A DNA stretch of 63,058 nucleotides, filler included. It is 9 parts of 9 records of this genome, joined end to end, with 100 filler letters (N's around TTAATTAATTAA, not from the genome) between each part and the next. Parts side by side here need not be neighbours in the genome. Positions count along the whole stretch, not along the records: positions 40,105 to 46,013 come from SRR31147125_10787; positions 46,114 to 57,034 come from SRR31147125_10794; 7 more parts are not named here. The stretch is one strand, 5' to 3'. The position numbers and the translations under genes were made by a program. Below, in pieces: positions 41,150 to 51,544 of the stretch. Below the pieces are notes generated by a model. The model was not told the origin of the DNA. It ran no database searches and worked only from the letters and a program-made list of their open reading frames with translations. Every line of letters begins with the position of its first letter. Position 1 is the first letter of the stretch.

Positions 41150-43237
41150 TCAGCAATCAACCGGCATAGTAAACCAAATACTTACACCTTCGGTTCTTCC
41201 GGTTTTGGCTCCAATTTGCCCTCCATGCGCAAGTATTGCCATTTTACAATATGCCAATCCTATGCCGGTAGAATAGTTAAAATCTCCCTGCACGTTGTGT
41301 AATTGTGTGTACATTGCAAAAATTTCATCAATTTTATCGCTACTAATTGGCTCTCCCGAATTATAGGTTTTTACCTTTAAAAATGTTTTGTTTTCTATTT
41401 CAACCTTTTCCGACGAAATCCGAATTAATCCATTATCGCTGCCATATTTAGCAGCATTCGAGAATAGATTAGCAAAAATACGTTGCAAAATTTGTTTGTC
41501 GCCCACGATGCTTACCGAAGGAGAAATAGCATTTTCGAAGCGAATATTTTTTAATTCAATAAGAAAACGAGCAAATTCGAAAGCTTCGTTTACAAGTTCA
41601 GCTAACTGAAGCGATTCAGTATTTAATTTTATCTGCGATATTTCGTATTTATCGACATCGAGAATGTTTGTTATGAGGTTTTGCAACTGCCACCCCGATG
41701 AATTAATAAATTCGCGCGAGGCCTGAAAAACATCATCTTCTTCAGAAAAACCAATTATATTATTCAGCGGCGATTTTAAATCATGAACCATCATTTGAGT
41801 CATGTCTTTTTTAAAGTTGGCCAGTTTAAGTAATTTGTCGTTCTTCCTTTCCAACGAGTTATTCTGCTCTTCAATTCTTTCCTTCTGTTCTGATATTTTT
41901 TTAGTGCGTTGTGCAACCCTGTCTTCAAGTAAAATATTGCTGTTCCGAAGTTCTTCTGATAACAACTCAATACGCCGATAATCGGCAAGGCGTTTTTGCG
42001 ATAATACAATGGCTTGTGAGATTGCAAAAATAAAAATACCAAAAGGCATAAGGTAAGCAGATTCGGCAAGTTTGTTATAGTACAAATAGTCGTTACCAAC
42101 AAAAATGTAAAACAAAATAATGCTGCCAAATGTGAGTATTGCAAACTCTCGTCCGCGAATAATTGCAATAAAAAGTGCAACCGGAAAATATACTAAAGGA
42201 ATTAAGCTTAGTATTTGAAAAACCAAAGGAGTATAAGTAAACCATAAAACAGGTGCTACAACCACAAAAGCGATAAATGCAAAACTTATAATGCCAACCC
42301 ATTTAACCACTATTAAACTAATTTCTTTGGGGAAAAGTTCTCGAATAAAGTAGCATGAGAAGGGTGCAATTGCAATAAACGAAGCATATTCAATTCGCAT
42401 TGCAATGGAATATGGTAACCACGAAAATAATTCAAGCAATATTTTCTCTCCTGTTGTTCCGAGCCGTAATAACATTACAATACATAAAAGGCTAAAGTAA
42501 AGAGCTGATAAATCTTTTTGACGATTTAAGTTAAATACAAGAAAATACAATATTAAAATAACCAAAACACCAAAAAGAAAACAATCCACTCCTAAACGAT
42601 GGTGTTTATATTTTTTTATCGACTGCGCGTATCCTAACAAAACAGGTTTTGAAGCGCCACCCCGCCGATGTTGAAAATTTGAAACTTGCAGAACAATATC
42701 AATTTGTTTGTTAACGGGTGTAAAATAATACTCTTTGCGCTTACGGCTTGGTTGCATCAATGCTTTTGTAGTCCCCACTTCCCCTGCTCCTCCGACCAAT
42801 TCTCCGTTAATCCAAAGTTTAAATGCCGATTCAAACTCTTTAATTTTTAATCCGTAACTTTTGTTATCAGGAACCAAAATAGTTAACTTATAGGTTCCGT
42901 AGCCCTTTGCACCTACTTTCTGACCATTTTCCACCAGTACGTTCCATTTTCCCGGAATATCAAGAAAAACCTGTTCAGAGAGCTCTCGGTTCTGAAAATC
43001 GTTGGGAGTTAGTAATTGTTTCCAGTAAAACTCTGCCTGCCCTGATAATACAACATGTTGTGAGGTGGAAAAATCAAGGTCCTGAAAATCGATTACTCCA
43101 TTAACAGCTTTCGGAATATCATCATCTTTGCTAAATTGGTATTGTATTAAAAGTACTATAGCAACAGCAAGACAAACAAACATTATTCCCCAAAACATTG
43201 CCCTTTTCGTACTTTCTAACACCTTACTTTTTCCCAT
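41150..43237 (-). CDS. 7TM-DISM sensor histidine kinase
   Basis: EFYWKQLL/GYGTYKL extracellular domain, 7 TM, HDLKSPL, NLFSNAAKY, GIGLAYC. Confidence 0.9.
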   Translation of the reverse strand: MGKSKVLESTKRAMFWGIMFVCLAVAIVLLIQYQFSKDDDIPKAVNGVIDFQDLDFSTSQHVVLSGQAEFYWKQLLTPNDFQNRELSEQVFLDIPGKWNVLVENGQKVGAKGYGTYKLTILVPDNKSYGLKIKEFESAFKLWINGELVGGAGEVGTTKALMQPSRKRKEYYFTPVNKQIDIVLQVSNFQHRRGGASKPVLLGYAQSIKKYKHHRLGVDCFLFGVLVILILYFLVFNLNRQKDLSALYFSLLCIVMLLRLGTTGEKILLELFSWLPYSIAMRIEYASFIAIAPFSCYFIRELFPKEISLIVVKWVGIISFAFIAFVVVAPVLWFTYTPLVFQILSLIPLVYFPVALFIAIIRGREFAILTFGSIILFYIFVGNDYLYYNKLAESAYLMPFGIFIFAISQAIVLSQKRLADYRRIELLSEELRNSNILLEDRVAQRTKKISEQKERIEEQNNSLERKNDKLLKLANFKKDMTQMMVHDLKSPLNNIIGFSEEDDVFQASREFINSSGWQLQNLITNILDVDKYEISQIKLNTESLQLAELVNEAFEFARFLIELKNIRFENAISPSVSIVGDKQILQRIFANLFSNAAKYGSDNGLIRISSEKVEIENKTFLKVKTYNSGEPISSDKIDEIFAMYTQLHNVQGDFNYSTGIGLAYCKMAILAHGGQIGAKTGRTEGVSIWFTMPVDC

Positions 43238-43383
43238 TTCCTTTCCTAAAAACTGTCCTGTTTTATAAAATTCGAAAATAGAAGTTTAAATGAATTTAAC
43301 TATGGCATAAATCAGCATATTTCAATTAGTATTTGCTGAATTTTTGTAATACAACGGTCTAATATTCCTAAGCAAATACCTTA

Positions 43384-43815
43384 TTAACAGATTTCTACCA
43401 AGCGAATATCAAAAGAAAGCACTGCATTGGGTGGTATTTTATTTCCTGTTCCTTTCTTTCCCCAGGCTAAATCGGCGGGTACCCAAAATTTATAACGGCT
43501 GCCCACACTCATCATTGGTAAACCTTCCTGCAAGCCTTCTATTAACTCCTCAATTCTTACCTCATCTGTTTGGTTTTGCCGGTAAGTATCTTCCAAAATT
43601 TTACCATCGAGCAGCAAAGCACGCTGATGAATTTTAACCGTATCAAACAAGCCCGGCTTTGCTCCCTGTTTTTCATCAACAATTAAATACTGCAAACCTG
43701 AATCGGTTTCCACTACTCCTTCTTTAGGGCGGTTATTCAATAAAAAATCTTCGCCCGATTTTCGGTTGTTTCCTGCCGAACCTTTGCTTCTTCCTTTCTT
43801 TTCGCGCCTTGCCAT
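43384..43815 (-). CDS. FKBP-type peptidyl-prolyl isomerase
   Basis: SGLQY, LIEGLQEGL, PADLAWG, IPPNAVLSFDIRL. Confidence 0.92.
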   Translation of the reverse strand: MARREKKGRSKGSAGNNRKSGEDFLLNNRPKEGVVETDSGLQYLIVDEKQGAKPGLFDTVKIHQRALLLDGKILEDTYRQNQTDEVRIEELIEGLQEGLPMMSVGSRYKFWVPADLAWGKKGTGNKIPPNAVLSFDIRLVEIC

Positions 43816-43975
43816 GTTAAAATCATTATAAATTTAATCTCAAAATAAGTGATTTTCTGAAAAAGCGAAAACCAATTTTATTATTTGCTTACGAAAGTAT
43901 ATATTTACCGCCACTACTAAATAACTACTACATTACCGTACCAACAATATAACCTAATAAAGGATAAGGATTACT

Positions 43976-45262
43976 ATGAATTTACGTTTTATAAAGTTTG
44001 TATTTCTATTTGTATTTGCAGGAACATTCTTTGCCCATGCCGGCGATTTCCCAACCGACACCAAAACAAAAGTAAAAGGCAAGTTGTCGTACGATAAGCG
44101 AGAAACAAAATTAAAAGTCTATATAGAAGGAATAAGGCTCGATATGGATTTCATGCGTAGAAACATGCGCTATATTGATTTTGTAAACGATCCGGCTGCA
44201 TCCGATGTACATATCATCATTAACAATCGTATGAGCGGTTCGGGTGGTCATGTTTATTCTCTGATGTACAACAATAAGACATTCGAAAATTTCAGCGATT
44301 TTACTATTACAGCAACAACTGCATCGAGCGACACTTATGAGGAGCAACGCAAAAAAATTAAGAATGCTTTGGCGCTGGGATTGATGCCTTTTGTTAACCA
44401 GACAAAAGCTTCGAACAATTTAGTATTACGTTACCGAGGCAAAGACGCTGTGCAGGAAAATACCGTGGTTGACGACCCATGGAATAACTGGACATTTAGA
44501 GGCGATGTTAGCGGTAGTATTGATTTAGAAGAAAGCCGCGAGATTTACAATTATATTTTTTATGCAAGAGCCGACAAGGTTACCGAAGACTGGAGAATTA
44601 GAAACAGCGCCCGCAGAAATGTACGTACAAAAAAATATACCAGCGATGGTGAAGAATACTCCTCTGATAATACTTCAAACTACATGTCTTCAAGCATTGT
44701 TAAAAGTTTGTCGTCGCGATGGTCGGCAGGTGCATTTGGAAGCTACCAAAACAGTAACTATCAAAACATTAACTACTCATTATCTTTTAAACCTGCAATT
44801 GAGTATAATATTTTCCCATGGGATGTTTCTGACCGAAAAGTATTTACCATTGCCTATTATATTGGCCCTGAGTGGAAAGAATATTACGAAGAAACGATTT
44901 ACGAAAAACTGAGTGAAAGTTTATGGGAACAAAGCCTTCGCCTGGATCTTCAGGTGGTTAATACCTGGGGAGAAATTGGAGCAGGACTACATGCCAGCAA
45001 CTACCTGCACGACTGGAGCAAAAACCGTATTACTTTCGATACCGATTTATCGGTACGAATTATTAGGGGTCTGTCTGTTAAGTTTGGCTTCCGTTTGGAA
45101 AATATTCACGACCAAATTTATTTGCCAAAAGGTGAAGTTTCGCTAGAAGATATTCTTTTGAATAAAGTACAGTTGCCATCGACATTTGAAGTTGGCGCCG
45201 ACTTTGGTATTCGCGTGCAGTTTGGTTCAATCTACAATAACATTGTGAATAACAGGCTTTAA
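43976..45262 (+). CDS. Hypothetical outer-membrane beta-barrel protein
   Basis: Signal peptide; DPWNNW; alternating aromatic strands; FGSIYNNIVNNRL end. Confidence 0.7.
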   Translation: MNLRFIKFVFLFVFAGTFFAHAGDFPTDTKTKVKGKLSYDKRETKLKVYIEGIRLDMDFMRRNMRYIDFVNDPAASDVHIIINNRMSGSGGHVYSLMYNNKTFENFSDFTITATTASSDTYEEQRKKIKNALALGLMPFVNQTKASNNLVLRYRGKDAVQENTVVDDPWNNWTFRGDVSGSIDLEESREIYNYIFYARADKVTEDWRIRNSARRNVRTKKYTSDGEEYSSDNTSNYMSSSIVKSLSSRWSAGAFGSYQNSNYQNINYSLSFKPAIEYNIFPWDVSDRKVFTIAYYIGPEWKEYYEETIYEKLSESLWEQSLRLDLQVVNTWGEIGAGLHASNYLHDWSKNRITFDTDLSVRIIRGLSVKFGFRLENIHDQIYLPKGEVSLEDILLNKVQLPSTFEVGADFGIRVQFGSIYNNIVNNRL

Positions 45263-45331
45263 ACAGTTCAAAGCTTCGAGTTTAAAGTATTTGCTTGTTG
45301 CTACTTGCCTGTTCAGATTAACAAGGCGGAA

Positions 45332-46013
45332 TTAAATTAGTAGCAACAAGGCGGAAACTGCTGTAACTACAATTACCGCTGTTCGGTAAAGATTGTCAGA
45401 CAAACGCTTAACCAGTTTTATGCCCAGAAAAGCGCCTAAAGCAATGGCCGGAAGCATATATAAATCGAGGGTTAATGTTTGCCAGCTTATGGTTTTCCAA
45501 ACCAAAATATGCAAAGGGAATTTCGAGAAGTTAAGAATTAAGAAAAACCAGGCACTTGTTCCGATAAAACGGTTCTTCGGAAGATGCATTGCCAACAGAT
45601 AAATGGCGAAGATTGGCCCGGCAACGTTACCAATCATTGTTGCAAAGCCCCCGAGAACTCCCATAAAAGCTGCAAACCACCAGGTGTCGGGAAAAAGACT
45701 CTCTCCCTTTTTCCTATCTTTCCACAACATTAGCCCAATACAAAAGAATACCAGGATTGCGATTATATTTTTGAACCAAAGATCGTTTACTACCTCGCCC
45801 ACCCACAAAGCAATTCCAATTCCGATAAAAGCCCACGGCAACAATTTCCAGAGATATTTCCACTCGGCATGGCGATGGTAGTATCCAACACCAAATAAGT
45901 CGGCCATCATTAACATAGGGAGCAAAATTCCGGTTGAGGCTTTACCTCCAAAAATTATTGCCAATGTTGGAACCACCAACATAGAAACTCCCGGAACACC
46001 AACTTTCGACATT
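45332..46013 (-). CDS. TauE/SafE (TSUP) family transporter (5' truncated)
   Basis: SKVGVPG, STGILLP, TMIGNVAGP. Confidence 0.85.
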
Positions 46014-46113
46014 NNNNNNNNNNNNNNNNNNNNNNNNNNNNNNNNNNNNNNNNNNNNTTAATTAATTAANNNNNNNNNNNNNNNNNNNNNNNNNNNNNNN
46101 NNNNNNNNNNNNN
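46014..46113. other. Artificial contig linker
   Basis: N-run + TTAATTAATTAA + N-run. Confidence 0.98.
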
Positions 46114-46320
46114 GGTGTAGCCTTCGGAACCATGTTTATTCTTTTATTTTTCCCTGCCTTGATTATGGTACTAAATGATATCAGAAGATTTATAAGAGAA
46201 CAATGGTATGGAAGGAAATTTGAACCTGAACACGTAGAAATTGCCTGGCAAAATTCACAACGCAAATTCGACGAAACCATTTACCACGAAGGAGAAGAAA
46301 TTGAAGACGATAAAGCGTAA
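46114..46320 (+). CDS. C-terminal fragment, probably of an RND efflux permease
   Basis: GVAFGTMFILLFFP last TM helix, directly before a TolC-type gene. Confidence 0.6.
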   Translation, partial: GVAFGTMFILLFFPALIMVLNDIRRFIREQWYGRKFEPEHVEIAWQNSQRKFDETIYHEGEEIEDDKA

Positions 46321-46332
46321 ATAATAATTCTG

Positions 46333-47622
46333 ATGAAGACACTAAAAATATTTATTATACTAATGGCTGCCGGCTTATTAACACAGGCCCAGCAGCCACT
46401 TTCGCTCACCGATGCCATTGTAAAAGCTCTGGAAAATAATTACGATATAATTATTTCGAAAGGCAACAAGGAGATTGCAGAAATTAACAACAACTGGGGT
46501 ACAGCAGGGCGTTACCCATATGTAAACCTTTCGCTAAACGACAATAATTATTACACCTTCCCCGAAGGCGATAATTACACAAGCAATGCATTAAGTGCTA
46601 CAGCTTCGGTTAGTTGGACAATTTTCGATGGTTTCTCGGTTCGCATAAGCAAAACTCGTTTAGAAGAACTGGAAACTTTGTCGAAAAACAACACTGCTGT
46701 TATGGTTGAAGGAACTATTCAATCTGTAATTCTGGCTTATTACGATGTGCTGTTACAAAAAGAAAAACTGGCTACTTACGAAGAAGTGATGACACTTTCG
46801 CAAGATCGTTTCGAGCAGGCTGAACAAAGAAAAGAATATGGTTCGGCAGTTACCTACGATGTTTTGCAAGCCAAAAATTCTTATTTATCAGATCGTGCCG
46901 GGTATTTATTGCAAGAAGTAGCCTATAAAAATTCAAAGCGCAATCTTCAGTATTTAATGGCCGAAACAGAAACGGTTGATTACGAAATCTCGAATAAATT
47001 TGAAGCCATTTCCGGCGACTATACCATTGCCGATTTGCAGGCTCAAATGATGGAAAACAACAAAAGTTTGCAGAATCAATACGTAAATCAGCGTTTGCTC
47101 GAAAATTCTATTGCTGCAGCCAAAAGCAATTTTTCTCCTTCGCTGAGCTTTAGTGGAGGTTTAACAGGTTCGGGCACACGATATAATTACGAAAGCAGCG
47201 ATGTAAGCTGGACAAATTACGGCCGCCTGTACGGGAACTTTACCCTTAGCTGGAACTTGTTTAGCGGGGGCAACCGAACACGTGCAGTTAATATAGCTAA
47301 AATAGACAAAGATCTGGGCGAGATTGAATTGGCCGAAATGCAGCACGATTTATCGAACCAACTAGCCAATCTGTTTGAATTCTACCAGGTGCGTAAAGAA
47401 TTGTTAGTTGTGGCAAAAGAAAATTTGGAAGCGGCAAAACTTAATCTGCAAATCTCGCAAGACAAGTTCGATGTGGGAGCAATTAACTCGTTCAATTTCC
47501 GCGATGTACAGCAAATATATCTTCAGGCAGCGCAAGGCGAACTCGAAGCAATTTATAATTTTATTGATGCACAAACATCATTGCTCCGACTGGCTGGAGT
47601 AATTGTGCAGGAATATGAATAA
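46333..47622 (+). CDS. TolC family outer-membrane efflux protein
   Basis: ALENNYDI, WTIFDGF, WNLFSGG, two helical repeats. Confidence 0.9.
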   Translation: MKTLKIFIILMAAGLLTQAQQPLSLTDAIVKALENNYDIIISKGNKEIAEINNNWGTAGRYPYVNLSLNDNNYYTFPEGDNYTSNALSATASVSWTIFDGFSVRISKTRLEELETLSKNNTAVMVEGTIQSVILAYYDVLLQKEKLATYEEVMTLSQDRFEQAEQRKEYGSAVTYDVLQAKNSYLSDRAGYLLQEVAYKNSKRNLQYLMAETETVDYEISNKFEAISGDYTIADLQAQMMENNKSLQNQYVNQRLLENSIAAAKSNFSPSLSFSGGLTGSGTRYNYESSDVSWTNYGRLYGNFTLSWNLFSGGNRTRAVNIAKIDKDLGEIELAEMQHDLSNQLANLFEFYQVRKELLVVAKENLEAAKLNLQISQDKFDVGAINSFNFRDVQQIYLQAAQGELEAIYNFIDAQTSLLRLAGVIVQEYE

Positions 47623-47650
47623 GAATATTTAGAGTTAAGAATAAGAAGTA

Positions 47651-47697
47651 CAAAGGCCGCAAAACCATTTCTACAAATTTGGAATTTGCGGCCTTTG
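47651..47697. terminator. Bidirectional terminator
   Basis: CAAAGGCCGCAAA...TTTGCGGCCTTTG. Confidence 0.65.
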
Positions 47698-47731
47698 GTA
47701 TTTTTAGCACTCTTTTAGTTGGCTTTTTGTT

Positions 47732-47926
47732 TTAAACAGTTTCTTTAATCAACTCCAAAATACATTCCTTACACAAACAGCCTTCAAAACGCGACGAAAT
47801 ATAATCCTGAACTTTGGATGGGATTGTAATTTCCATACACCAACAGTTTGCATCGCCGGTGCAAATAACCGATTTTCCACATTTAGGACATTCGCGGGGA
47901 ACAGATTTGCGCTCAAGATCTTTCAT
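47732..47926 (-). CDS. Cysteine-rich CWC family protein
   Basis: CPKCG...C...CWC...CLCKEC. Confidence 0.88.
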   Translation of the reverse strand: MKDLERKSVPRECPKCGKSVICTGDANCWCMEITIPSKVQDYISSRFEGCLCKECILELIKETV

Positions 47927-47930
47927 GAAA

Positions 47931-49211
47931 TTAAATGATAATCTGCGTTTGAAAGATAAGAGTTCCTTTACGGTCGATTGAATCAATATTTGCCATTCCT
48001 GTTACCGGGCGCGACGAATATTGTACAGTGAATTTCAACTTCTGACCGGCTGCATAGTAATTAGCTCCGCAATCGTGGTTAAAAATAATTTCGGGTAAAG
48101 CATCAAAATCTTTGGCTGTAAATGCATAAAATAATTGAAGCCTTCCCGGAAGTCTTAAAAAGTTTTCTTTGAATAAATATCCCAGCGTTGAATAAGATAT
48201 CAGGCCGGTTCCAGCTTTGTATTCTGCGTTACCACTTCCATCCCAGATATTCATGGTGCCATATTCGCGCAAATAATTCGAGCCAAAATCGTAGTCGTAA
48301 AGTACCGAATACAAGGTAAATGCTTGTTTCCCGGCAAAAGGAAGTTCACAAAAAACATCGGCGCCAAACAGTTTGCGGTCATAAATTTGTGTTTCACCAT
48401 TTATTTGCTGTTCCGCAATCGATTCTGGATAATAATCGAAGCCCGCCCCTAAATTCAGGATTCTTTTTTCGCCCAAATAAGTCATGCTGACATAGGAGGT
48501 TGTAAAATATTCTTTATCCAGGAAATGGTAAGTATAGTAGCCTTTATAATTCAACTTTTCACTTGAAATTTCGTACGACGATTCTGCTGTTGCAGTTCCA
48601 TCGTAAGCAAATGGTTTTGAAATACCAGCCCGGTACGAAATCCTCCCGACTGTTCCTTTCATAAAAACACCAAGTTGGCGCACTCCAAGGTCGGTACGAT
48701 TTACTGCCGGAATATTCACACCCGGATTATCGAGCGTAAGTGTTTTCTGATAACTCGTATTTGTTAGTCGCGAAATGCCGTTCCAGCCATTTATTCCAAA
48801 ACCAAAACAGCAAGCTTTCTGAGCAATTTCAAACATGCCCCACACATCGTGAAAATACAGGTTAGGCTTTCCCGATTCGCGGTTCAGATTGTTAGCTCCC
48901 AACTGTGTGTAAAATACTATTTTATTGTTCAGGTTATTGAACATCGAAAAACGAGTGCGACGCAAAGCAAAATCGAATTCCGACGAAAGAGGATCGCCAT
49001 TTTGTGCAATTGTGCCGTCATTCAACCATGTATTACGTGCCCAAAACTGGGTGGCAAACGAAAATTTTGTGTACGCCGAACCATCTTCAGAAAGATTAAT
49101 TTTAATTCCCTTTTTCAGAAAATCGGTGACTTTTTCGGGTTCTTCCCCAAAAATAGTATTGCATACAAACAGCAGGACTATCAGTGTTGATAATCGTAAA
49201 AATACGTTCAT
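47931..49211 (-). CDS. Outer-membrane porin-like protein
   Basis: Signal peptide; FALRRTRF; WNGISRL; beta-strand pattern. Confidence 0.72.
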   Translation of the reverse strand: MNVFLRLSTLIVLLFVCNTIFGEEPEKVTDFLKKGIKINLSEDGSAYTKFSFATQFWARNTWLNDGTIAQNGDPLSSEFDFALRRTRFSMFNNLNNKIVFYTQLGANNLNRESGKPNLYFHDVWGMFEIAQKACCFGFGINGWNGISRLTNTSYQKTLTLDNPGVNIPAVNRTDLGVRQLGVFMKGTVGRISYRAGISKPFAYDGTATAESSYEISSEKLNYKGYYTYHFLDKEYFTTSYVSMTYLGEKRILNLGAGFDYYPESIAEQQINGETQIYDRKLFGADVFCELPFAGKQAFTLYSVLYDYDFGSNYLREYGTMNIWDGSGNAEYKAGTGLISYSTLGYLFKENFLRLPGRLQLFYAFTAKDFDALPEIIFNHDCGANYYAAGQKLKFTVQYSSRPVTGMANIDSIDRKGTLIFQTQIII

Positions 49212-49221
49212 TTAAATAGAA

Positions 49222-50877
49222 TTATAAAAAGAGCAAAACCAATACCTGGGCCATTAAAACACGCATAAACATTACCAGCGGATAAACCGTTGCGTAAGCG
49301 GTTGATTGTGCCTGGATAGGTGACAATGAATTTGCGTATTCCAACGCTGGCGGGTCGGTCATAGAACCGGCAAGTAAACCACAAATTGTCAGGTAATTCA
49401 GTTTCATTAACTTGGCAATAATTCCAATTATAAGCAATGGAAGAAAGGTAATGGCAACACCGTAAACCATCCACATATAACCTCCGTTAACAATGGTGCT
49501 TACAAAGTTTTTTCCGGCTCCAAGTCCCACGCAGGCAAGGAACAAAATAATTCCCAATTCGCGAATAAACAGGTTGGCACTCGGAGTCATATAAAAGTCG
49601 ACTTTGCCAATTCTACCTTTATTTCCGAGGAATAATGCAACTAACAGCGGACCACCTGCCAAACCCAATTTTGCCGGCGCCGGAAGTCCGGGAATTGCAA
49701 TTGGAATGCTTCCAATAAGTACTCCTGCCAAAATACCAATGAGGATTGGAATAATATTCGGGTGCGATAAATCTTTCATTGAATTACCAAGGTAATTGGC
49801 AACCTCTTTCAAGCTTTTGCGCTCTCCCACAATACGAAGTGTATCTCCAAACTCAATACTATCGTTTTCGTGCGCCAAAATTTCGTTACCTGCCCTAAAA
49901 ATTCGGGTGATATTTACCGGGTAACGGCGCCTGATACCAATTTGTTTAATACTTTTTCCGGCCAGTTTTTTATTGGTGAACACCACGTGGCGAACACCCA
50001 TTTTTCCAGTAATGTCCAGGTCTTCAGTTTTTGCAAGTTCCCCCACTTTCAATTCCAAAACACTAAAATATTGTTCGCTGGAAACACCGTAAATTACATC
50101 ACCAGCTTCAATCAGTTCATCTTCGTCGGGCACCTTACATTCATCTTTTCTGATAATGCGCGACAGGGCAAATTCTCCGGCCAGAGTTTCGCGCAAAAAG
50201 CCGAACGACTTTCCGATTAATGCCTGATTGGCTACCTGAAGATTTACTGCCTGCAGTTTTCCTGATACACCTGAAACTTTATTGGTAAAATCTTTAGCCT
50301 GGTCTTTTATATTTACACGAAATGCAAAACGAATAATAAGCATGGTTAGAATAATGCCGATAATTCCGAAAGGATATGCAACTGCATAACCCATACCGGT
50401 TATTTCGGTAAGTCCCGGGTCGGTCATTTGTTCCGTAATAACCTGCTGTGCAGCACCAAGTCCCGGAGTGTTAGTTACTGCACCACACATAATACCGGTA
50501 ATAACAGCCGTAGGAACATTGAAAGCAACCTTAATACCAATTGCAATAAGAACGCCAATTAACACAATGCCAACTGCCAACATATTCAAACGAAGTCCGT
50601 TGCTTTTTAACGACGACACGAAACGCGGACCAACATCCATTCCAATGGAATAAACAAATAAAATAAGGCCAAATTCTTTTACAAAGTGCAAAACCTTGTG
50701 GTCGAGTTCGGCACCCAAATGACCAATTAATAATCCGGCGAACAATACCCCGGCAATTCCCAGTTTAACGCTCACCATTTTTATTTTGCCCAACATTACC
50801 CCGGCAATACCTGTTAAGCTGAGAAAAACCAATGTTGATGCAGTTCCTGTTTGCGTAAAAAGCTTTAAAATTTCCAT
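49222..50877 (-). CDS. AspT/YidE/YbjL antiporter with TrkA-C domains
   Basis: LGIAGVLFAGL, GAVTNTPGLGAA, YAVAYPFG, GSMTDPPAL, YATVYP. Confidence 0.92.
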   Translation of the reverse strand: MEILKLFTQTGTASTLVFLSLTGIAGVMLGKIKMVSVKLGIAGVLFAGLLIGHLGAELDHKVLHFVKEFGLILFVYSIGMDVGPRFVSSLKSNGLRLNMLAVGIVLIGVLIAIGIKVAFNVPTAVITGIMCGAVTNTPGLGAAQQVITEQMTDPGLTEITGMGYAVAYPFGIIGIILTMLIIRFAFRVNIKDQAKDFTNKVSGVSGKLQAVNLQVANQALIGKSFGFLRETLAGEFALSRIIRKDECKVPDEDELIEAGDVIYGVSSEQYFSVLELKVGELAKTEDLDITGKMGVRHVVFTNKKLAGKSIKQIGIRRRYPVNITRIFRAGNEILAHENDSIEFGDTLRIVGERKSLKEVANYLGNSMKDLSHPNIIPILIGILAGVLIGSIPIAIPGLPAPAKLGLAGGPLLVALFLGNKGRIGKVDFYMTPSANLFIRELGIILFLACVGLGAGKNFVSTIVNGGYMWMVYGVAITFLPLLIIGIIAKLMKLNYLTICGLLAGSMTDPPALEYANSLSPIQAQSTAYATVYPLVMFMRVLMAQVLVLLFL

Positions 50878-51242
50878 TTTTTTGATTTTTGCTGATTTAA
50901 AACCAATTACAAACACATGCAATCAATCTTATAATCAACTTTGCTAACAATGTGTAAATGTTTTATTTGTAGTTACTTTATAAAAAGTAACAGTTATCTT
51001 CTTATTAAAATGTTTTTGTTCTGAAAAGGATTCAATATTATTTGAGCAATATTTCTAAAAATATTACACAGGAATTGACTGGTAGTTTTATGGTTTTTGT
51101 AAACAAATAACATTCGCTTTATTAATAATTTTGAATATTACGCGAATACAACAAAGACGGGGTCCGAAAAGATGAACAGTACAACATATTCGTTCCAAAT
51201 CATTGCTTTATACCGCGAAAGCAATAAGGTTCATTTATGAAT

Positions 51243-51410
51243 AAGACAGGTCTCCTGGCTTGTCCGTTTTCAACGCCTTCCCATCTCGGATTTCCGTTAC
51301 AGTGACATAAATGTTGAAAAATTTATCGGACTTTACAGTTGCGCGACAGCTCACGATTTTCACGTGATTCTCTATTAAATTCGGTCTACCGAATATCTCA
51401 TCCACACTTT
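51243..51410 (-). ncRNA. Cobalamin (AdoCbl) riboswitch
   Basis: Minus strand reads TTAATAGAGAATCACGTGAAAATCGTGAGCTGTCGCGCAACTGTAA...GTCACTG...GGGAAGG...AAGCCAGGAGACCTG (B12 box). Confidence 0.9.
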
Positions 51411-51426
51411 TAAATGAACGCGTGTG

Positions 51427-51434
51427 CAAATATA
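51427..51434 (-). promoter_or_regulatory. Bacteroidetes -7 promoter element for the riboswitch leader
   Basis: TATATTTG matches TAnnTTTG. Confidence 0.6.
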
Positions 51435-51544
51435 TAGGCAAAATTTTATTGCGTGTATGCGTTTTGGAGTACAATTAACTTTTTGTTGAGATTTAGTAAC
51501 AAACCACAAATGCAACGTAACATTGCATGATAATGGGGATTTTC

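Noticed and set aside
51235-51474. 79-aa ORF
   Set aside because: It coincides with the cobalamin riboswitch, so it is non-coding.
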